A stretch of 4,342 nt of DNA from a virus (Duplodnaviria; Heunggongvirae; Uroviricota; Caudoviricetes). The translations under genes were made by a program, and so were the position numbers. How positions within the stretch are numbered: the stretch's first letter is position 1; the number at the start of each line of letters is the position of its first letter. The notes under the pieces are model-generated. The model saw nothing but the letters and a program-made list of their open reading frames with translations. It searched no databases and was not told the origin of the DNA. Below are positions 1 to 4,342 of the stretch, piece by piece. The DNA is taken from IMG/VR virus record IMGVR_UViG_3300005715_000012, positions 1 through 4,342 of that record; one strand, given 5' to 3'.

Positions 1-34
1 AGAAAAGCAGCCTAAAAAGCCTAGTCGAAAACCT

Positions 35-38
35 AAGG
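35..38 (+). promoter_or_regulatory. Shine-Dalgarno for gene 4-like CDS
   Basis: AAGG lies 9 nt upstream of ATG 48. Confidence 0.5.
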
Positions 39-47
39 CGGCATCAG

Positions 48-548
48 ATGAACCTGACAACGAAGGGTGATTTAGTCCTTGCGGCATTACGTAAGCTCGG
101 TGTGGCATCAAATGCCACGTTAACCGATGTCGAACCGCAGTCTATGGAAGACGGCGTCAATGACCTTGAAATGATGATGGCTGAATGGCTTGGCGGTGAT
201 GCGTCACCTGGTATCAACGTTGGCTACATTTTTGCTGATGCAGATGTCGCTCCAGATCCGGGCGATGAGCACGGTTTATCAAATAACGCTATCAATGCCG
301 TCATTTTTAACCTTGCCTGCCGCATTGCTCCAGATTATGCGCTGGAAGCTTCTGCAAAACTTATAACCACTGCCAGATACGGGAAAGAGCGACTCGTCAA
401 ACTGCCTGCAATGGACAGAGCAAAAGCCGCTAAATGTAAGTCCGGTTATCCAAACCGTATGCCTGTTGGTAGTGGTAATCAGTTGGCGAAGTGGAACGGT
501 TGGAATTACTTCCACCGGAAGGAACCTTGCGATAACGGGAGCGAATAA
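48..548 (+). CDS. 4: Head-completion / portal-binding tail adaptor protein, homologue of P22 gp4 (166 aa)
   Basis: Complete ORF ATG 48 to TAA 546-548. AAGG at 35-38 lies 9 nt upstream of the start. The 166-aa length equals what I recall for P22 gp4, and the N-terminal motif [27 protein letters not shown] matches my memory of gp4. Sits immediately upstream of a gp10-like gene, as in P22. Not confirmed by search. Confidence 0.85.
   Translation: MNLTTKGDLVLAALRKLGVASNATLTDVEPQSMEDGVNDLEMMMAEWLGGDASPGINVGYIFADADVAPDPGDEHGLSNNAINAVIFNLACRIAPDYALEASAKLITTARYGKERLVKLPAMDRAKAAKCKSGYPNRMPVGSGNQLAKWNGWNYFHRKEPCDNGSE
537..541 (+). promoter_or_regulatory. Shine-Dalgarno for gene 10-like CDS (within the 3' end of gene 4)
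   Basis: GGGAG lies 7 nt upstream of ATG 549. Confidence 0.6.
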
Positions 549-1967
549 ATGCCGATTCAGCAACTTCCGCTTATGAAAGGTGTCGGCAAAGACTTTCGAA
601 ATGCCGACTATATCGACTATCTGCCAGTGAATATGCTGGCTACACCCAAAGAAATCCTGAACAGCAGCGGATATCTTCGCTCATTCCCGGGCATTGCCAA
701 ACGATCTGATGTGAACGGTGTATCTCGCGGAGTCGAGTACAACATGGCGCAGAGTGCTGTTTATCGCGTGTGTGGCGGCAAGCTGTACAAAGGAGAAAGT
801 GAAGTCGGTGATGTTGCCGGAAGTGGTCGTGTATCAATGGCGCATGGTCGGACATCTCAGGCGGTAGGCGTTAATGGTCAACTGGTCGAGTATCGCTATG
901 ATGGCACGGTTAAAACCGTCTCAAACTGGCCTGCAGACAGCGGATTCACGCAGTATGAGTTAGGCTCAGTCCGCGACATTACGCGCTTACGTGGGCGTTA
1001 TGCGTGGTCAAAAGACGGAACTGATTCATGGTTTATCTCTGACCTTGAAGACGAATCGCATCCTGACCGCTACAGTGCACAATATCGTGCCGAGTCTCAG
1101 CCTGACGGAATCATCGGCATCGGAACATGGCGAGACTTCATCGTCTGCTTTGGTTCATCGACTATTGAATATTTCTCCCTGACTGGTGCAACCACTGTTG
1201 GTGCCGCGTTGTATGTCGCACAGCCATCGCTGATGGTGCAGAAAGGCATTGCCGGAACTTACTGCAAAACGCCGTTTGCTGATTCCTATGCGTTCATCAG
1301 CAATCCGGCAACGGGTGCGCCGTCTGTATACATCATCGGCTCCGGTCAGGTGTCACCAATCGCCAGCGCGAGCATTGAGAAAATACTACGCTCCTACACT
1401 GCTGATGAACTGGCTGATGGCGTGATGGAATCGCTGCGATTTGATGCTCATGAGTTGCTGATTATCCACCTTCCGCGCCATGTTCTCGTGTACGACGCAT
1501 CTTCAAGCGCCAATGGTCCGCAATGGTGTGTGTTGAAAACAGGCTTATATGACGATGTGTACCGCGCTATCGACTTCATTTACGAAGGCAATCAGATAAC
1601 GTGCGGCGATAAGCTGGAGTCCGTGACCGGAAAATTGCAGTTCGACATCAGCAGCCAGTATGGGCTACAGCAAGAACACCTGCTGTTTACTCCACTCTTC
1701 AAAGCAGATAACGCCAGATGCTTTGATCTGGAGGTGGAATCATCGACGGGGGTTGCTCAGTACGCCGACCGCCTGTTCCTCTCGGCAACCACTGATGGCA
1801 TCAATTACGGTCGTGAGCAGATGATTGAGCAGAATGAACCGTTCGTTTACGACAAGCGTGTTTTGTGGAAGCGAGTCGGGCGCATCAGGAAAAATGTCGG
1901 CTTCAAATTGCGCGTTATCACGAAGTCACCTGTAACTCTGTCTGGCTGCCAGATAAGGATTGAGTAA
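549..1967 (+). CDS. 10: Tail hub / head-completion protein, homologue of P22 gp10 (472 aa)
   Basis: Complete ORF ATG 549 to TAA 1965-1967. Its start directly abuts the upstream stop (TAAATG), with GGGAG at 537-541. The 472-aa length matches my recollection of P22 gp10. Position between gp4-like and needle genes fits P22-like synteny. Confidence 0.85.
   Translation: MPIQQLPLMKGVGKDFRNADYIDYLPVNMLATPKEILNSSGYLRSFPGIAKRSDVNGVSRGVEYNMAQSAVYRVCGGKLYKGESEVGDVAGSGRVSMAHGRTSQAVGVNGQLVEYRYDGTVKTVSNWPADSGFTQYELGSVRDITRLRGRYAWSKDGTDSWFISDLEDESHPDRYSAQYRAESQPDGIIGIGTWRDFIVCFGSSTIEYFSLTGATTVGAALYVAQPSLMVQKGIAGTYCKTPFADSYAFISNPATGAPSVYIIGSGQVSPIASASIEKILRSYTADELADGVMESLRFDAHELLIIHLPRHVLVYDASSSANGPQWCVLKTGLYDDVYRAIDFIYEGNQITCGDKLESVTGKLQFDISSQYGLQQEHLLFTPLFKADNARCFDLEVESSTGVAQYADRLFLSATTDGINYGREQMIEQNEPFVYDKRVLWKRVGRIRKNVGFKLRVITKSPVTLSGCQIRIE
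1955..1959 (+). promoter_or_regulatory. Shine-Dalgarno for tail needle CDS (within the 3' end of gene 10)
   Basis: AAGGA lies 7 nt upstream of ATG 1967. Confidence 0.55.
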
Positions 1968-2815
1968 TGGCTGATTCGAATCTCAATGAGCCGGTAATCA
2001 CCCAGGCTACGCGGCTCGATACATCAGTCCTTCCACGCAATATTTTCTCGCAGTCATATCTGCTGTACGTTATCGCACAGGGTACTGATGTTGGTAATGT
2101 GGCTAACAAGGCCAACGAGGCCGGACAGGGCGCTTATGACGCACAAGTCAGGAACGATGAGCAGGATGTGATTCTTGTCGATCACGAAATTCGACTGGCA
2201 TCAGCTGAAGCTAAGATTCAGGACCACGAAACAAGGATCACTAACGCAGAAGCGGCGATAGTCGGCCTTGATTCACGATTAACGACAGCAGAAAACGATA
2301 TTGATTACCTGACGGATGAAGTTGTCGCCATTCAAAACACGCTTTCAGACCATGAAACGCGCATCGATGCTCTGGAGTATGCCACTACTCGCAAGAAGTC
2401 AGAGGTTGTTTACTCTGGCGTATCTGTAACCATCCCGACAGCGCCGACTAACCTTGTTAGCCTGCTGAAAACGCTCACGCCGTCATCCGGAACGTTGGCA
2501 CCATTCTTCGACACCGTTAACAACAAGATGGTTGTGTTCAACGAGAATAAAACGCTGTTCTTCAAGTTGTCTATTGTCGGGACGTGGCCCAGCGGAACCG
2601 CCAACAGATCAATGCAACTAACCTTTTCCGGCTCTGTTCCTGACACACTTGTGAGCAGTCGTAATGTGGCGACAACAACCGATAACATCCTGTTAGCTAC
2701 GTTCTTCAGCGTTGATAAAGACGGCTTTCTTGCCACAAATGGCAGCACGTTAACCATTCAGTCAAATGGTGCGGCGTTTACTGCCACAACCATCAAGATA
2801 ATCGCGGAGCAGTAA
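1967..2815 (+). CDS. 26: Tail needle (cell-envelope-penetrating plug), P22 gp26 family, long form with C-terminal knob domain (282 aa)
   Basis: Complete ORF ATG 1967-1969 overlapping the upstream TAA by 1 nt (TAATG); AAGGA at 1955-1959. N-terminus [38 protein letters not shown] matches the gp26 N-terminal hub-binding domain as I recall it. Central region has a coiled-coil character with a thrice-repeated DHE(I/T)R(L/I) motif. C-terminal ~140 aa is Ser/Thr/Val-rich and beta-like, consistent with an Sf6-type knob. The 282-aa length matches my recollection of Sf6 gp9. Confidence 0.85.
   Translation: MADSNLNEPVITQATRLDTSVLPRNIFSQSYLLYVIAQGTDVGNVANKANEAGQGAYDAQVRNDEQDVILVDHEIRLASAEAKIQDHETRITNAEAAIVGLDSRLTTAENDIDYLTDEVVAIQNTLSDHETRIDALEYATTRKKSEVVYSGVSVTIPTAPTNLVSLLKTLTPSSGTLAPFFDTVNNKMVVFNENKTLFFKLSIVGTWPSGTANRSMQLTFSGSVPDTLVSSRNVATTTDNILLATFFSVDKDGFLATNGSTLTIQSNGAAFTATTIKIIAEQ
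2806..2809 (+). promoter_or_regulatory. Shine-Dalgarno for gene 14-position CDS (within the 3' end of the needle gene)
   Basis: GGAG lies 5 nt upstream of ATG 2815. Confidence 0.55.
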
Positions 2816-3270
2816 TGATTCAGTTCAAACCAACGCGAAACATCGACCTGATCGAAGCAGTCGGAAATCACCCTGACATTATTGCCGGAAGCAACAACGG
2901 TGATGGATACGACTACAAGCCTGAATGCCGTTACTTTGAAGTGAACGTGCACGGGCAGTTCGGCGGCATTGTTTACTATCATGAGATTCAGCCTCTGACA
3001 TTCGATTGCCACGCCATGTACCTGCCAGAGGTTCGTGGATTCAGCAAGGAAATCGGGCTGGCGTTCTGGCGATACATTCTGACTAACACCACCGTTCAGT
3101 GCGTCACATCGTTCGCTGCACGCAAATTTCGCCACGGTCAGATGTACTGCGCAATGATTGGCCTTAAGCGTGTCGGAACCATCAAGAAATACTTTAAAGG
3201 CGTGGATGACGTGACTTTTTACAGCGCCACACGCGAAGAACTAATCGACTTCCTGAATCACGGGAGATAG
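2815..3270 (+). CDS. 14: Protein at the P22 gene 14 position (poorly characterised virion assembly / infectivity protein), 151 aa
   Basis: Complete ORF ATG 2815-2817 overlapping the upstream TAA by 1 nt; GGAG at 2806-2809. Assignment is by synteny only (between needle and gp7-like genes, as in P22 order 4-10-26-14-7-20-16). I do not recall the gp14 sequence, so homology is unverified. Confidence 0.6.
   Translation: MIQFKPTRNIDLIEAVGNHPDIIAGSNNGDGYDYKPECRYFEVNVHGQFGGIVYYHEIQPLTFDCHAMYLPEVRGFSKEIGLAFWRYILTNTTVQCVTSFAARKFRHGQMYCAMIGLKRVGTIKKYFKGVDDVTFYSATREELIDFLNHGR
3262..3266 (+). promoter_or_regulatory. Shine-Dalgarno for gene 7-like CDS
   Basis: GGGAG lies 6 nt upstream of ATG 3273. Confidence 0.6.
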
Positions 3271-3272
3271 CC

Positions 3273-3965
3273 ATGTTATATGCATTTAAGCTGGGCAGAA
3301 AACTGCGCGGCGAGGAACCTTGGTGCCCTGAAAAAGGCGGGAAAGGTGGTAGCTCTGATAAAAGCGCAAAGTATGCAGCAGAAGCCCAGAAGTATGCTGC
3401 AGACCTGCAAAATCAGCAGTGGCAGACGATCATGAAAAACCTTGCTCCGTTCACGCCGCTTGCGGAGCAGTATGTTAACCAGCTTCAGAATCTTTCCAGT
3501 TTAGAAGGTCAGGGGCAGGCACTTAATCAGTATTACAATTCTCAGCAGTATAAAGACCTTGCAGGTCAGGCGCGTTACCAGAGTCTTGCTGCTGCGGAGG
3601 CTACGGGAGGACTTGGTTCGACAGCCACAAGCAATCAACTGGCTACGATCGCGCCGACTCTCGGTCAGTCTTGGTTATCAAACCAGATGAGCAATTACAA
3701 CAATCTGGCAAACGTTGGGCTTGGTGCTCTGCAAGGTCAGGCAAACGCCGGGCAGACGTACGCCAACAACATGAGCAGCATTGCACAGCAAAGCGCAGCT
3801 CTTGCCGCTGCTAATGCCAACAAACCATCAAGTCTTCAGACAGCAATTAGCGGCGGAACGTCCGGTGCGATTGCCGGTGCAGGTCTTGCCAGCCTTTTGG
3901 GAACATCAACACCTTGGGGCGCTGGCATTGGTGCTGGTATCGGATTGCTTGGCTCGTTGTTTTAA
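3273..3965 (+). CDS. 7: Ejection (injection / E) protein, homologue of P22 gp7 (230 aa)
   Basis: Complete ORF ATG 3273 to TAA 3963-3965; GGGAG at 3262-3266. N-terminus MLYAF.LGRKLRGEEP..PEKGGKGGS matches my memory of the P22 gp7 precursor. Has a Q/N/A-rich body and a Gly/Ala/Leu-rich hydrophobic C-terminus. Synteny supports the call. Confidence 0.85.
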   Translation: MLYAFKLGRKLRGEEPWCPEKGGKGGSSDKSAKYAAEAQKYAADLQNQQWQTIMKNLAPFTPLAEQYVNQLQNLSSLEGQGQALNQYYNSQQYKDLAGQARYQSLAAAEATGGLGSTATSNQLATIAPTLGQSWLSNQMSNYNNLANVGLGALQGQANAGQTYANNMSSIAQQSAALAAANANKPSSLQTAISGGTSGAIAGAGLASLLGTSTPWGAGIGAGIGLLGSLF

Positions 3966-3969
3966 GGGG
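3965..3969 (+). promoter_or_regulatory. Shine-Dalgarno for gene 20-like CDS
   Basis: AGGGG lies 5 nt upstream of ATG 3975, overlapping the last base of the gene 7 stop codon. Confidence 0.55.
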
Positions 3970-3974
3970 TAATC

Positions 3975-4342
3975 ATGGCTACTTGGCAAGGATCAAATGG
4001 CGGATTGTTGGCTGGTATCGGCGGCGTCAACTCAAACGCTCCGAGCGTAAATGGCATCGGCAACACGCTTCAGCTTATCAGGCAGAACAATGATATTGAG
4101 CGTTCAGGCGCTAACAATGTTGGGCTGACAGCTTTGCAAGGTCTTTCTGGTATTGCGGGTGTTTTTCAGCAGAAAAAGCAGGCTCAGCGGCAGAAAGAAT
4201 TTCAGCAGGCATACGCTAATGCTTATGCGTCTGGTGATCGCGGTGCTTTGCGTCAGTTGGCTACTCAATATCCAGACCAGATTGAATCTGTTCGTAAAGG
4301 CATGGGATTCATTGATGAAGACCAGCGCACTTCTATCGGCAC
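3975..4342 (+). CDS. 20: Ejection protein, homologue of P22 gp20, 5' partial (first ~122 codons; continues beyond window end)
   Basis: ATG at 3975-3977 preceded by AGGGG at 3965-3969. Frame is open with no stop to the window end (translation MATWQGSNGGLLAGIGGVNSNAPSVNGIGNTLQLIRQNND...). Absent from the ORF track only because it has no stop in the window. Assignment is by position downstream of the gp7-like gene; sequence homology is unverified. Confidence 0.75.
   Translation, partial: MATWQGSNGGLLAGIGGVNSNAPSVNGIGNTLQLIRQNNDIERSGANNVGLTALQGLSGIAGVFQQKKQAQRQKEFQQAYANAYASGDRGALRQLATQYPDQIESVRKGMGFIDEDQRTSIG

Noticed and set aside
279-563. 94-aa minus-strand ORF spanning the gene 4 / gene 10 junction
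   Set aside because: Entirely antisense to two well-supported, tightly coupled + strand genes. No convincing SD was seen, and the translation is Arg/Cys/Phe-rich with no recognisable motif. Most likely a chance open frame.
640-855. 71-aa minus-strand ORF inside gene 10
   Set aside because: Antisense to the gene 10 coding sequence. The product is His/Arg/Cys-rich, typical of antisense translation. No independent support.
991-1182. 63-aa + strand ORF in an alternative frame inside gene 10
   Set aside because: Out-of-frame internal ORF fully nested in a 472-aa gene. No SD, and no reason to invoke an overlapping gene.
1918-2115. 65-aa minus-strand ORF spanning the gene 10 / needle junction
   Set aside because: Short and antisense to conserved N-terminal needle coding sequence. 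No supporting signals.
2410-3135. Two adjacent same-frame minus-strand ORFs (115 aa and 125 aa, separated only by a stop at 2758-2760) antisense to the needle knob and gene 14
   Set aside because: A combined ~240-codon antisense open frame with one stop looks notable, but a rough estimate gives about 0.5 such ≥125-codon open frames expected by chance in a window this size. Both lie wholly within + strand genes of a densely packed operon, and I saw no SD-like signals. Could only be revisited with conservation or expression data.
2815-3270. Possibility that the 151-aa gene is an inserted moron or anti-defence gene rather than a gene 14 homologue
   Set aside because: Its position matches where gene 14 lies in P22-like phages, and it is translationally coupled on both sides. 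I saw no composition shift, separate promoter or terminator. A cargo gene cannot be ruled out without a homology search, but there is no positive evidence for one.
3781-3972. 63-aa + strand ORF in an alternative frame inside gene 7
   Set aside because: Nested out-of-frame ORF within the Q/A-rich region of gene 7. Low-complexity coding sequence often leaves alternative frames open by chance.
1-4342. Search for CRISPR repeats, tRNA/rRNA, IS element ends, att sites, rho-independent terminators or sigma70 promoters
   Set aside because: By eye I found no direct repeat arrays, no inverted terminal repeats, no strong GC-rich hairpin followed by a T-run, and no spaced -35/-10 pair in the few non-coding nucleotides. 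The window is essentially 100% coding on the + strand.

Overview
This window is a contiguous, same-strand block of six tightly packed genes that I recognise as the head-completion / tail-needle / ejection-protein module of a P22-like podovirus (phage or prophage of an enterobacterial host). In order, they are homologues of P22 genes 4, 10, 26, 14 and 7, plus the 5' end of gene 20. The calls rest on synteny, on ORF lengths that match my recollection of the P22 proteins (166 aa and 472 aa), and on N-terminal motifs I recall from P22; no search was run. Every gene has a Shine-Dalgarno motif 5-9 nt upstream, and the junctions are abutting or overlapping (TAAATG, TAATG), consistent with a translationally coupled late operon. 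The tail needle is the long 282-aa form with a C-terminal globular knob, as in Sf6/HK620, rather than the shorter P22 form. I see no RNA genes, CRISPR arrays, mobile-element ends, or convincing promoters or terminators. I do not see evidence for a previously undescribed system here; the window looks like a canonical virion structural operon. The points worth a second look are the mosaic needle C-terminus, the poorly characterised Cys/His-containing gene-14-position protein, and the composition of the gene-7-like ejection protein.
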